64,000 nt of DNA from Lepidodermella squamata (GCA_047495785.1 JBLDXI010000026.1:186001-250000), one strand, 5' to 3'. Positions 35,951-50,100 are shown, counted from the stretch's first letter. Made by a program: numbers and translations. Notes: generated by a model from the sequence alone, not told the origin.

Positions 35951-38949
35951 GAATCAAGATTTTCGTCATTTATCGGCAAGCTAAACTAAGGGCCATTACG
36001 CTAAGCGCGTGCTAGGCTTTCCACTGGTACCTATTACGCAGCTCAACGATAATAACAACTCAATAATATAGCAAGTTCCAAGTTGGGAATTCACTATAAT
36101 GCGATTCAAGTTGAATTAATCATGTTCTTTGGAACCGAAACCGATGAAATCAATTGGTTCACCCAGGTAAAAGCGATCGAGACGAAGTGGGGTGACTTGG
36201 CCGCATGACTATTTCGCTCGAGAACCGTGACACGGAATGACACGGAAACCGTCGATTCCCGCAACAGGTGTCATTTGAAAGCGGTCATCGAGAGGAATCT
36301 GTTGTGAAAACTCGGTTGCCCTAAGGTCCGAAAATTCCGAGATATTAAGGCTTAAAATATCGAGACCTAAAATCGATTAGCTGGTGAGGCCAATTTATTC
36401 AAAAGGAAGACCACTTTTCGAATTCGGAAAAATGTACGCAGTAGCATAGGTGCCAAGTAATGTTCCCGTCAAATAAAATTCGGAGAAAATCTACCTTTTG
36501 CTGAAAAATCTGTGAAGTGCTTTAAGTCTAGAGGATGCAATTTTGCTAGTTTTTTCGAAAATTCACTTGAGAATAAGCGCAGCTGAAAAATTCTTTCGAG
36601 GAAAGGAAAGTAGACTAATTTGTAGCTTATTTTCGTCATTTTCCGAGGATGATTGGGCGAAAATTGACAGCGACCGACAATAAATCAATAAAAATCTTTT
36701 TTGTTATTTTAAACAATAATTTTGGCGATAAAGCATTGAAATTCACATGACTAGGTAGGGGTTATCGCGCTGATTCATTAGATATATTTTTCACCGGAAT
36801 CGCAATCGAAATGGGTCTAAAAGCGACAAAAATGACTTTTTCTTTGTCTAGAGTAACAGGCCTAAGCAGATAAAATGGTGTATGCTGGGTAAAAATAAGA
36901 AGAAAAGGCATGAAAAGGATGCGTCTGTTGGGATGAAAATGTTGTTTATGAGCAGCAGCTTCTTCATGGCGGCTTCGATTTGTGCGCATCTGGAGCCATT
37001 TATGCCGTAAACAACGCGCTTGCGCCGGTAACGCATCTACTTCGCAGTACATTCTTTGCAATAATGTGGCCGATGAATCACCTGCAATCTATATAAGAGA
37101 AGTACTGCGGCGGAACTAATTACCATAATTGTGTCGCGATTCGTGTGTTTGTTGACATTTGAACCAATCTCGGTGATGGCGCTGTATAAAACACGCCGAT
37201 ACCTGTTTTCAGCTCGAAAAAGCGATATTCCTAGCACAAGTTATTCACGAAATATAAAATCATCTTTTTCCTCCGCTGGATCGGGCTGAGTTATGACCTT
37301 ATGCTGCGCCACGATCGTTCTGCAATGGTTGCGAGGTTACAGCGTCGTTCAGTGCTACTTGCGGGTTATTTTTGCGTGCTTTTTCAAGCAACAGCCACAC
37401 CTCGTCTGTTTCTTTCCTGATAGTCTGCCTGTATTTGCGCCTGAAAAAAGAGTTACAGCTGATTCACCGCAGTTTGTTGCCAAGAGCCGGAGCTGGCACA
37501 GTTCCGTTGCCACACTTGCGGAACCGGCCCGGGCCTTGGGCTGTGCTAGCTGTCTAGCAAGATGTAGAATCGACTGCTGCCGCATTCAGCAAGTCATGCC
37601 ATGCAACCTCGTGCTACAATTTGCTAACTAGTGTAGGCTAACGGCTTGTTGATAGCGCGGTAACCACATTTACAGGATTTTGCGGGGCCTGGTGGCGGAT
37701 ATGGACCTAGATTGCTTTCCAGCTCGTTAATGAATCATTTCTGCCGCTGCTGCAACTGGAACCATCGATACTCACCAATAAAACAACACAAAGTTATACC
37801 CTCAATATTTTATTCAGAATCTGTAGTTCGCTACAATGAGGACGGCACATTCGTGCTCCTTTCAAAAAACTGTATAACGATTTAGTTGGAATGACCTTTG
37901 ACCCGAAACAGGGCAGATATGCAATGGTACGCAGTGGAGATAAAATTCCTATGCGCTATTCAAATATTGGAGGTGAATTATCGCGACAGTTGTGGACGGC
38001 GTCTGAGGAAGAACCTGAGAAGTACGAAAATGTTTCCGTTGTCGAGCTTCCTGCTTTACTGGAGAGCTACCCGATCAAAATCCGATCATGACCATGAAAT
38101 GTGGGCGGGAATTGTTTGCCTCTTCACAAAGTATTCAAACAGTCCGTGAATTGAGCACACGAAACACATAATGAACTTGAAAATTCGCGTATCGTCATAG
38201 CAGCGAGAGATAAAGTGCTATTTACCAAAATCATAATTCGCAGAAAAACAAATGAAACGTGTTAAGAGTGCTAAAACGAGTGCTAAACGTCTTTAAATTA
38301 AAAACGCATGTAGGGTGAGCACATTTGTTACATTTTTCAGAATATTTCTCGATTTCCACTTCATGACATCATTATCATTATAACTTGGCCGCAAAAACCG
38401 ATTTTTAGACTGGACGGTAGCCGCTCAACGTTGATAATATACTTGTAACACAAATTTTATACCAAAAACACAAGTTTAGTTCTCTATCAATAAGGTAAAA
38501 CTCCATTCAGGGAAATATTTCAGCCGAAGGGAGCCTGGGGCCCCGATAACTAACAAGTGCCAGGGTTGAACAATTGAACAGCCGAAATGGGCTCAAATTC
38601 CAGCTCAAAATCTAAGTTCTCAATGCGATCACCGGCATAAATCAATAATCGATCGAAGCATGAATCGGCCTACGCCGGTTGATCAAGGGTTCCTATATAT
38701 TCTCAGCAATGCAACAAGTCTTTTGCGAGTATTGTGTGGTTTCAGTGCTTTATAATTACGCTAACAGCGTCGAAGTTTGCGTGTAGTCGGAAAAAGCTGT
38801 GGCTTTAACTGGCTTTAATTATGTCCTGTTAATTAGTACCCTGGATCACCATGAGTATCACATTTATTTTATTTTGAATGCACATTTGTAGTTAATCAGC
38901 ACACAGTGAATACGTAGCTCATGTTGACGATTTATTTGCGATCCAAGTG

Positions 38950-41496
38950 CTAAACTTCCTGAGTGTTTCCTAACGCCGAGTCATGACTTCCTCTTCGACT
39001 ACCTTGGCGGCTGCCATTTTGACTGCCGTTTCGCGACGCTATCCGTTCAGCGATGCTGGAGCTGCTGTAACGCAGCGTCGAATTAAACAAATCTTTATTA
39101 CTTGCAGTGCTAGTCGCCAGTTTGGCAGCAACTTGGGCTACAATTGCAGCATTCAATTGTCGACTATTTCGACTGGTCGTCGAAGCATTAGATGCTGTGG
39201 AACCATTCGAATTGCGGCGATGATATGAGCTGAAGGATATAACAGCAATGCAAATTATTTCTATTTATGTACCCGATAAGAATTTGTTACTTGTAATCGT
39301 AAGGCTCGTCGTGGCTGTTTATGCTTTGAATACTGCCTTTGCTACCGCGCCTTGAGCTCGATTTCTTCCCTTTTGGCTTGTTAGCCTTGCTCTCAGTCTG
39401 AGCGAGCATATTTTTACGATTACGAACTACCGATGCCTTGCTGAGATCGAGCAGAGACCAGTCTTTGTTTCTCCCATACCATGGGTGATAAGTACCGGGT
39501 GGGGGGTAAATTCGGTTATCGAGTTCACCTGGGTGGTGAGCCAATCCCGCACTCGAGCTCGCTTGTGTTGTATGAGTTCCCGTTGCGTCATTAGACGAAG
39601 TCGTTGAGTTATTTTGGCGCGCTCCGAAAAAACCTTGAGAGTAAGCGTTTGCCGGATATGGCTCTTCATGACCGTGGGCAAAGTCCAAGCCGTCGATCTC
39701 AGCCTCACGATCCACTCGTAATAGATTGAACAGCTTCAGCAAAACGCAAAGCAAGTATGTCGTCAAGCCTGACCAAGCCGCTATGACACATACACCGCAT
39801 AGCTGCCACGCCAACATCAGTCCAGATTGGCGATTCCAAGCGTATAAAATTCCGCTATTAATTTTGAAAAATGCTAGGCCTATGCAACCAGCAAATCCTC
39901 CTCCCCAGTGAACTTCAAAATATAGACAAAGGGGTTTGGCCTTATCGATACATTGAGAAAGCGTTTTTACCTGGCACAGCTTCTACTGCGTCGTCAATTT
40001 GAGCTTTCCGCATCAACCACGACGTTGACATGTAAAAGAGGCCGGAAATGCAGCCGATGGTGAAAGCAGCCCATCTAATAATCATCAAGACTTCATTACC
40101 AACTCAAAACTTGGAAAAATGCTTACCCTTCGACGGCGTTACACTCGCAGCATGACGCGACACATCCGGCTAGACCGCCACATAATGACGGAATGATGAG
40201 CCAGCGTTTTGAAATTATCCGAGTGAGTAACATAGCTGCAAAGAAGAACTTGAGATATCGTTAGGGAAATTGAAAATCAACGAACTGGTCATGTATCCAC
40301 CAGCCGTACACAAAACTGTATTAGCAGCGGCTCGCGAAACTGCTTTGTTATCCTCAGGGTTTCCAATTGAAGTTTGGGACGCGGAATTGAAAGCCAAAAA
40401 TCCCGTGAAAAGAATCATTACACCAGTAGTGACATAAGTCAGGTTGTGAGCTGGTATTACATTTGCTTCACCATTAGGACGAAATCGGCCGATTCGAGGA
40501 CCCAAGAAAATTAGATAAACTGGAAAACCATGGTGGTTAGCATAGTCTAAAGTGATCGATTTGCTCTTACTCAATGTTGACGTCGCTCCGCAAATGTGAA
40601 CGATTCCCGACCCTGCAAAGTCCTGAAAAACATTTCAAACGACATCGACAAAGAGTATCATGGTTCTTGCCTCGTATCCAATGCCAACTTTTAGTTGCGA
40701 TTCGGTCGTAAAAAGATCAGCGCCTAACTTCAACCAGCCTTCACGATTCCAACCCCAACTAACCACGAATGGATAAATGCAAGTGGAAGCCCATAGTGAA
40801 TAAATGATATAGCCAACAAATTGTCCACGTTCAGCAATAGCTCCGGTTAGTATCGCCCCTGATGTGCAGGCGAATACGTACTGGAAAAACCAGCTGGCCT
40901 TGTCTATGTCTCCGTCAGGCGGATGATTTTTCCAGCCAAATCCTGTTGAGCCGACAAAGTGGGATAGGCTCACGCCGAAAGCTATAGCGTAACCGCAAAC
41001 CCAGAATCCTATTGCCTGAATAACTTGAATATGGAAGAGACATTAACTGGAAATGAGTTAATAATGAATAAATTACAGCTGTAAGTAGCGTTTTTCAGCA
41101 TAGCATTAGCTGCATTCTTGCTTCGTACCATACCAACCTCCAGCAACATGAAACCAGTGCTCATATCTGCGGAAGGCTAGGCTCGTTAAGTGATCGACCT
41201 ATCTTTGGTATTTACTTACAGAAAATAAAGTAACCCATCGCCAGCAAGAAAAATGCGTTAATGTTGAGCCGCAGTGGAACGATGTTACTCCACAGTTCAT
41301 CACTGAAATCAACCGAGTTGACGTAGTCATTGATAACTTGGAGCGTTGCGTTGTAGAATGGGCTTGAATTGGATGGGTTGGCTGCACCTGATGCATCGCG
41401 GCCATTTTCTTTCAGAGCAGCCCGAACTGCTCGGTCGATTTCCTGCCTTATGTAAGCTTGAATCTCTTCTGACAAAGCCATGCTAGTGTTCGACAT
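38950..41496 (-). CDS. amt: Ammonium transporter (Amt/Mep family), multi-exon, with a long C-terminal tail
   Basis: Spliced motifs 'GFMLLEVGMVRSKN', 'FQYVFA...GAIAER', 'DFAGSGIVH', 'LGPRIGRF', 'GFLAFN' and 'IDDAVEAVPVHWGGG'. Both pore histidines are present. Confidence 0.92.
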
Positions 41497-42121
41497 CTTC
41501 TGTAACGCTGAAAAACCTTGGTCAACGATAAAATTTATACAGATTATTTAACCGGTGTCAAACACATGTGTAATGTGGCTGACCAACTAACGAGCACACA
41601 CGACAAAAAATGAAATAACGAAAACCATCTGCATTCGTTCTACAACTGCTAGGAAGTACTATGTTAAGGAAAAAACGCTCGTAGTTGTGGCAATGAAGAC
41701 GTCAACATTATTTCATTTAAGCACTTTTCGTGTATTATTATGAGTGCAGGTAATTTTTAGCGCCTGTATAATTTTTTGAAACAGTCAAATTCATATTATG
41801 AACACAAATCCGTGCAGATTCAATGGCGTTGCGCCAAGCTTTTGAGTTCCAACAATTCTTCGAGTTTTTTCTGTCGCTTATGTTGTTAGGTTCCAACTGT
41901 GTAAGATGAACATACAATTTACATGACAATTTGTTGTGTTCAGCACCAACCGACAAAAATGTATAATTTCGATTAAAACAACGATCTGGAAAACATTATT
42001 GGCCTTAACCGACCAGGACCATAAATCTGACCAGCCGAATCTGTTGCTGTGTAATGTCAAGGTTTGTGTGATGCCTTTGGAGTGACACTCTGACAACGAT
42101 ATAGCCTCTGAATAGAGGTTC

Positions 42122-44193
42122 TACAGCACCCTGACGAGAGTGCTGATTAGGTTTCTCATTCTTTTCTCGAGTTAGCACATTCGTGAGCGAATTTCAGGCT
42201 GTCTGATGTCTGATTTCTGCTAAGACATTCTAGTTCCGAGGATATTACTATAAATAGTGGACGTGAACAAACTTTAGAGCTAATTATTAGTCGAAGTTGT
42301 TGGTAATGAGCGTGACATAACAAGCGTGACAGTCGTGACATAAGCGCGAGCCAGGAAGCTCTCGTGGAGCCGTGGCTATTTCACTAGAAAGTAATTGCCT
42401 AATTCGTGACTTGGCGATCGTCAGTTTGTAAAAACTGTTCGCTGGCTAATCTAGTAACGTGGGGCGGGGGGGGGGATTACCAATGCCTTCTCAAGCGATA
42501 AAGGAGCCAGCTAATTGAGGGAGCTGCACTGTCTTTTCGCTATAGATTCCATTATAAACTATAAATTCTTCACCAATCTCAAATTTGCACAATTTGGACA
42601 TAATAAAATTCGAGAATTTACCTTTAACCTTTAACCAGCTTTCATCCTCACCTAATTAATACCTGATTTACCTTTACCTACTTGTTCGAACGTCTGAGGT
42701 CTGCACACCTAATCAGCCACAGACATGAGGGCGTTTAAATAGTATAAAGGTTCTCAACATTGATGAGGAGTTCCATTCAGGCCGGCAGGGGTCGCTATGT
42801 GATAGCAATATCCTTAAAGCGCCTTAACTCGCTTTCCCTTTCCGACCATTCAGTTATATAATTAGGTCTTAACCCAGGCTTCATAGCCGTATTCCGCGCA
42901 TTCTAAGTTTCCTACCCGCCAGTTACCATTTAAAAGTGGAAAATCGTGCATGCTATACAATTGCAATTGAGCCTCCTTCATCGGAGGAAGAGAAGTTTCC
43001 CCGAGATGCTGTTGGGAAAACAAGAAAGAAACCATAGTTATTTGCAATGACTGCTATACATGGTTTCATCAGTCTTGAGAGGAACTTAACTAGAATATCG
43101 CACCGAGTCATCAACTCTATTTTGTGTTGTGATTGAGTGATGTTTTGCTGGGTTGGTGCCCTACTACTTTTGGTGCCCTTTTGGTGCCCTTTTCGAACTA
43201 ATGCCATGGACGTAATAGTGTTGATTCTGCCTGCAAAGTGACCTAGCAAAAAAGGCACGATGAACGTAGAATTCAGTACTATTCAGTTCTAACCAACCGA
43301 AATCCAGTATTTCCATGAAAAAACGATCTTGAAGAATTTATTCCCCTCATACAAGTGGTAAGCACAAAAATGCCAAGAATTCGACCTGTAGCTATGCAAA
43401 GGCAAGTTTGTCTGATTAGTTCTGGGTGATAGTGGCTATAAAAATATATCGTTATGTTATACAGCACCCTAATTAGTACCGTATTTAGTCAGGTGAGGTC
43501 TGATTAGGGCTCTCATTCTTTTCCTGTGTAAGCAAAAATGTGAGCCATTTCTTGGGCTGTTAGCGAAAATTTTTCCAGGTCCGAGAATATTAATGTCTAC
43601 TATAAATAGAGGATGCGAATAAACTCTCGAGCTAATTATTAGGGACAAAGTTGTTGATAATAATGACCGCCGTGACATAATCACGATCCAGGAAGCTCAC
43701 GTGGATTCATAGCTATCTCATTGGAAATTAATTGCATAACGCGTGACTTGGCGTAATACGTTGGTTAATAAAGATATCTCGCTGGCATAGCCATATAAGG
43801 AGGAGATAATTACCAATAATTTGTTTTGCCATCTCAAGCGATAAAGTAGCCAGATGATTGAGGGGCTGCGCTGTCTCTTCGCTATCATGCCCCAGATGAT
43901 TTACATTATAAATTCTTTCAAGATCGTTGAATGCCTCATCAATCTCAAATTTGAGAAATTACATTTTACCCATCTTTCTTCTTCACCTAATTTCCCTTCA
44001 ATGACTTACTAGCTGAATGTCGGGGGTTTGCGCTTCTAATCTCATACAGACCGTCGCTTTTAAATTTCCACAGACTCACTAAGTGCATGTGCAGTTCAAT
44101 TCGGGCCTGGGCAGGGGCAGCTATGCAGCAGACAATGTTATAGCAATCTCTTGAAAGTGCCGTAACTCGCTTTCCCTTTTTCGAGCAACCATT
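42122..44193. repeat. Diverged direct duplication of ~720 bp non-coding DNA (42122-42849 and 43459-44193)
   Basis: Collinear blocks: tacagcaccct, ctgattagg..ctcattcttt, gagctaattattag, ccaggaagctc, cgtgacttggcg, tctcaagcgataaag, taactcgctttcccttt. Confidence 0.8.
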
Positions 44194-44320
44194 AAGGGGT
44201 TGGGTGTTAATTAATTAGAAAGCAGGCAAAAACTGACCTATTAACTTCACTGGCCAACCCCTGTCAGTTGCATAAATCTTTTCTCATTTCTCATCAAATA
44301 ATTTCTTTTGCAGGTCCATC

Positions 44321-46676
44321 ATGCTAGCGAAATTTTATTTCATGGCCCTGTTAACCACGGTGTGTGGGACAGAAACATACTCTCAAGTTTCCCCAAGGAA
44401 ACCGCACACCATTTCGATGCTTTCTCTTGTCATGCTGACGGGCTATGAGCCGCGCGACAACCGACTGTGCATGGCATCGCAGCAAATGGTCGTCGACATC
44501 GTAAACACACGGAGAGACATTCTGCCGGACTATCACATAGATCTTGACTTTCAAAACGAAGGCCCAGTCGGCGGACAGTCTGTTCGATTATCAATTGAGT
44601 TCCTACGTCGGTTGGAAAACTCGAACACTATCCATGCGTCGCCTGTAATGTTGGGGCCGTTTCTATCAGCGGCCTGCAAGGCATGGGGCGCGTCGGCTAG
44701 CTACGTCAACTTGGTTATGATTGCTGGGTCTTGTACATCGCCGGCTCAAACTGCTAAGAGAAATTTGTATCCGAACATGTACCGCATCAGATCTCCAGCT
44801 GAACTGCATATCGTTGCAAGGCTGTACTTTCTCAAGAAAATGACAAAGGTACAAAAACTTGCGATTCTCTTCAACAGTGGAAACTCCTACAACTACGAAA
44901 CAGCAATGCTTTTCCAGAAAATTGCCGTTGCAAGTGGCATTCAGGTTCTAGCTTTTGAAGCATACAGCATAGATTCAAATGAAGAGATAGTCGCCTCGTT
45001 GAGGACTAAAGACGTTCGGATAATCGCAATGGAATCAGCTGAATCTGCTGTAGCGAACAGATTCCTCTGCCAAGCTCATAAACTGGGTATGCGAGGTGAC
45101 CGATATCAGTTCGTGTTCCAAATGCTTAGCTATGGAGATCTGCGCAACTTACCATTCGAATTATTCCAGGGCTGTGATCGGACAATGCTGCTTGAACAGT
45201 TCAAGGCATCAGTTTTCATCGGATCGCCTTTGGATATCCTGAAGCCAATGCAAGATCGCACCGCTATCGGCCACACTGTTGCCGAATTCGAGGAGCAATT
45301 CACGAAATACACTAATGGAACAATCACACCTGACTACGATTTTCGTCATCTTTGCTACGACCGCGTCTTAACCGGGATTATGCTTCTGAATGACACTGAG
45401 AAAGCCCTGAACCAGCGTAACATGTCCCTTCGAGATTACAGAACTAACCCGAAAGAAGTTATGCTCATCGCGAATCAAAGTGCGACGCAATTGGAGTTCA
45501 ATAATTTGAGATTTGGGAAGTTCAAGTACTCTAAAAGAGCTGAGTATGATTTCGAACCGCTAGTTTCGCCTAGTTGTTTCCTTCGTTGTTCGCTGTATTG
45601 ATACAGATGCTGTAGGTAACATTAGTTCTTATTCGTTGGAAGAAGTATTGCCCCTACCCAGGTCCTTCCCCGCCGATTCAGCAAAGCTTCTAATCAAACT
45701 AGGCTTTATTCCTGCTGATGTAAGCTGGGCAGTTGTAGGCGTGGCTGTTCTTATTGCTTTGAGTCAAATTGTGCTATGTGGTACAGGTGTATCGGCTAGA
45801 TCGGAGCCGTTGCGAACTTCTGTGACCCTGATTACGGTGTCGCTCATTTTCATCGATGCTGCAGCAATCGCTTTCGCTTCTCAAGGCAGCTCTGCTGTTT
45901 GTTTTGCTCAGATTGCGCTTCTAGCAACCGGAGTTTCCCTGCTCAATGGTTGTCTGACGAGTGTCGTGCTCACGGCATCGAAGGCTTTATCACGTGCAAA
46001 AGGCGTTGCGGGGAGAAGCGGTCATTCCAAGATATCGAATTCCTACACTGCATCTAATTTTGTTATCGCTAAGAAGAGTAGCAATCGTGATGTAAAAACC
46101 CCAAGCGATCCTAACACCTCCGTCAAGGATTGTCTTGTTGTTTTCAACGATAAAGTCACCGCGCTTCACGGAGTAGCGCTAGCAGCTGCATCCATCCTTG
46201 TAGTTGTTATATGGTTCTCTACTGATCCGCCAGTTGAGAAAGTAGAACGTCCCCAGGAATCACTTGCGAGTTATGACAGAAATTCAGACACGTTTCTCGT
46301 TACTCAAAAAATCAGCTGCTACTCAAATTACAATCTGCCGTGGATATTGGCTCTGATAATTGTCAATTCTGTGCTTCTATTGGTCGGCTTATTCAGTGCA
46401 ATATCTCTGAATAATTTCCTAAAACGAGTTAATGGCGGGGATCAACTAAAACTATTCATGATTGCCGAGGTGTTGGCAATCTCGCTATTTCTGTGTACAA
46501 TAGCGATTGTCTTCATTCTTGAATCGAATCCGAACGCGAACGCTCAAAGAATAGCTGCTGCACTCGCTTGCTTGGTATCCTCTTTTTCGATTGGTATAGT
46601 GGTCAACTTCAACAGTTTGAAGACAAAAATTAAAGCTCGCGCCTCGCGAGAGAGCATTCACCTTCGTGAGATCTGA
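44321..46676 (+). CDS. GABA-B-like class C GPCR (Venus-flytrap domain + 7TM), with a frame break near 45563-45615
   Basis: Signal peptide; 'VNTRRDILPDYHI', 'YPNMYRIRSP', 'FLCQAHKLGMRGDRYQF'; 'FPAD' before TM1 with no Cys-rich domain; seven hydrophobic segments including 'VIWFSTDP'. Confidence 0.75.
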
Positions 46677-47129
46677 TTTCGCAAATAACAAAAGAACTGA
46701 AAGAAAGAACTAAAATTATCATTTTTATTCTAAAATCAAATTGTCTTTGTGCTGCTCTGGACCAGCGTGCAGAGTAGGACTTACAGGTATTTAAGAAGGG
46801 TGGTTCTTACGGATTTTCATGGCCAATGGCTAGAATTCTCGAGCTGGTGAGCCTCCCCCTTTTTCCCCATCTGCACGACTTCGCACACTGATTTCGACTC
46901 CGTCATATTTATATGTTCATGAATATCAATGGTATTTTAGTAAATAACGGTTTCTATCGGGAGAAAAAAATCCTCTGAAAAACAGAACGTACTAGTCGTG
47001 CTTTCCCAAGGCTAGCTGATACCGTTAATTGAGTTATTTTTTATCGCACTCCAAAACTTTCATTTAAATGGACACACCCTACAAGCCATTGCCATAATTG
47101 CGAATCTATACCTTGAAAGTCACACGATT

Positions 47130-50100
47130 ATGGGTAAGTTTCTACTGACTGCTATGCTTTTTAGCGTGGCTGTTCAGTTCTCAACGGCTTTCCTTCACGA
47201 GTATACGGCTATCGATTACGAAATAATGATGAAAGCTCCAGACAGGGGGTCTGTTTATGGCCCATCTGACAGTATGGCATGGAAAATAACGGCTCAAACG
47301 GCGCCTAATAATTACGCCTGGTAAAAAGCAGTTTGTAATGTATGAATTTGTTGGAATCGTTCCCGTTGTAGCGTAACAGTAACGAATTTTAATCTGGAAG
47401 GATATGATTCACTGTCCATTTTCGATGGACATGACTCGACTTATCCTTTGCTCCGGCGCTGGTCAAAGTCGACTGACAACACGACAAATGAACTTATTTG
47501 CGGCAGTGGGCGCTATTTGTACATCTGGCTGTCATTCGGAGGCAATAGATACATAGCTGCCTATGACGCAATTACTTTCAATTACCAGGCGATTAACGTC
47601 ATAGAGTACCAAAACGATATTGTGTTTCGATACCCTGAATCAGGGTTACTCGTCGCACAAAGCGATGTCAGGTGACCACTCATGTTTCTATTTAGATTTA
47701 CTCTATTTTCTTCATTTAAGGTGGCTTTTCAAACCTCAAGGCGCTGGGAATAGCGAGAAAAAGTGGTTTGTATTAGATTGATCTCTATATCAAGTGTTAC
47801 GTGCATGATTTGCTTATAGCCTGCAGTTTGGTTACATAAAACTTCCCTCGGCTAAGAGTTCAGTTACTCTTTACGATGGTAATGACATCACAGGCAAGCA
47901 GTTATCTCAGGCATTGTGGAATGTGCCAGTTGGAACGCAAGAATACTGCTCAACAGGCCGTTACATGTTCATGCGATTGCTAACTCGTGAAGCAACGAAT
48001 TCGTCTGACTCCTTCTTCACTGCATCATCTTACTCGAGAAACGCCGTGACGGAGCCGCCAACGACAGCAGCGATGACGACAGCTCAATCTAGCAATTCGT
48101 CTACTCTAATTAATGAAGTCCTATCGTCGCATGCTAGTTTGACTTATCCAACCACAACTCCTTTCTACTATCCTAATGAGAACATAGGCTGGCGCTTCGA
48201 CACATACAAATTTAACGCGCTCCCAATCTGGTATGAATAAATCCTCATAAAATATATAAGAATTTGTTTATTTGATCTTAACGAATTTAGTATTGATATC
48301 GATTGGATTTACTTAGCTGCGGGCGATTTCATTACAATCTACGATTCGTATTACATCGACCCTTCGCGGGTGCTCGTTCGCTACAACGAGAGTAGTTACT
48401 GGAGGGGTCAAGGAGATTTCTGTTCCTCGGGCCGATACTTGTTCCTCCACTTCACATCAGACGCCAGATTCGAATATTATGGCTTCAAAATTCAACATTA
48501 CACTCGCGGCTGGGGAGAAGTCACAACGGTGCCACCAGCCACAACAACCACTCTCATGCAAAGCAATGACCCGAATATAACCGAGGTATATGCGAAATCG
48601 GGAGAATCAATCAAGTACCCATCTCACAGCGGAATGTACGGCCCAAACGAAAATCTTGCTTGGCGCTTCGATGCTAAGCGCTTCAACGGTGTTAATACTT
48701 GGTTAGTCATCAATATGAAAATTGAAAATATGATTCATCATAAATTTGTTTCCTTATCCAGCATAACTTTAGTGACAATCAAACTGAGTCCTATCGACAA
48801 TATAACTATTTTTGACGGATACAGCCATCTAAATACGCAAACCATTGTGAGATTCGTTGAAACATATGTTGGATCAGACGTTCGTTGGGAATACTGTTCA
48901 TCTGGCCGCTATTTGTTCCTGCAATTCAAGTCGGATGAAATATATGAGAGCTACGGCTTCAAATTATACGTCTATTACCCGAATAGCGACAGCACAATGC
49001 CCTCAACAACCCCTCGGCCGACCACAGCCATGATGACCACAACTGCAGCTGTTGGGCCCAATGTCACCGATGTTTACGACAGGCCCGGTGTAGCGATCTC
49101 GCACCCTCCTTATGGAGGTTACTATGGGCCTAATGAAAACTTTGCTTGGCGTCTAGACGCAGTTAGGTTCGGCTACTACAGATCTTGGTAAAGAAATCGC
49201 TTTTAAATTACCGCTTCTCAAATTAAAATATGTTTTGTCAAGTGTTATATTTGACAGAATTATGCTCAACTACATTGATAATGTTACGCTGTATGATGGC
49301 TACAACAATGACAACACAAGGGTTATCAGAAAATTTTCCAACGAGCGTGTGGATACGTCTTTCAGATGGAAATATTGCTCGAGCGGCCGATTTATGTTCA
49401 TTCAGTTCGAGTCAGATGCTTATTACCACGACTACGGCTTCAGGCTGTACCCGGACTATGATTACGGATACGACGAGACAACTACACTGCCGACCACTGC
49501 GAAAATAACTACGACACCAGTCGCAACAACAACCCCTCGACCGATTCAAACTCCCTGGCCTCGAGGAGCTGATCTTCTTGGATTTTGGCCGTTGGATGCC
49601 ACATCTCGGTTGAACGACGTCTCCGGTCGCTATCACAACTGTCAGCGTCAATGTGGCGGCTCTCCTAACACAGGCTACTCCGGACCTTTTGGTCAGGATG
49701 CGACTAGCCATACCAGGAGTAAAAGCTCAGATAACATCTTCGACGTAACAGTTCAGCCACAGAATTTCAACAGTCGACGAGCTATGACTGTGAGCATGTT
49801 TGTGAAGGTCCCCACCATCAATTCCGCAACAGGCGGCAACCTCCTCAATCTAACCGACGACTACGGAAAGAGCTACCTGAGCTTAGATTTGAAGGCCATC
49901 TATTCTCCAGCCTGGCACACTCAGCTGGTCATCAGTGGTCAGAACGGGGTGATCGGCACGTATGAAGTCTTCCGTCGTACCGATTGGTCTTTCTTTGCGG
50001 TGGTCATCGAAAACGACCAGTGGTCACCCTGCATGGTCTCCATTCACGGACCGTGGGGTCCCATATACGCTGCCACCTATAAGGCGAAATTCTGCGACAA

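Noticed and set aside
36762-37780. Possible multi-exon gene on the minus strand
   Set aside because: Two exons can be joined, but upstream frames all contain stops and no family is recognisable; possibly a relic.
9626-41496. Nitrogen-metabolism cluster (OGC, AMPD, Amt)
   Set aside because: Amt is 25 kb away with unrelated genes in between, so chance is a sufficient explanation.
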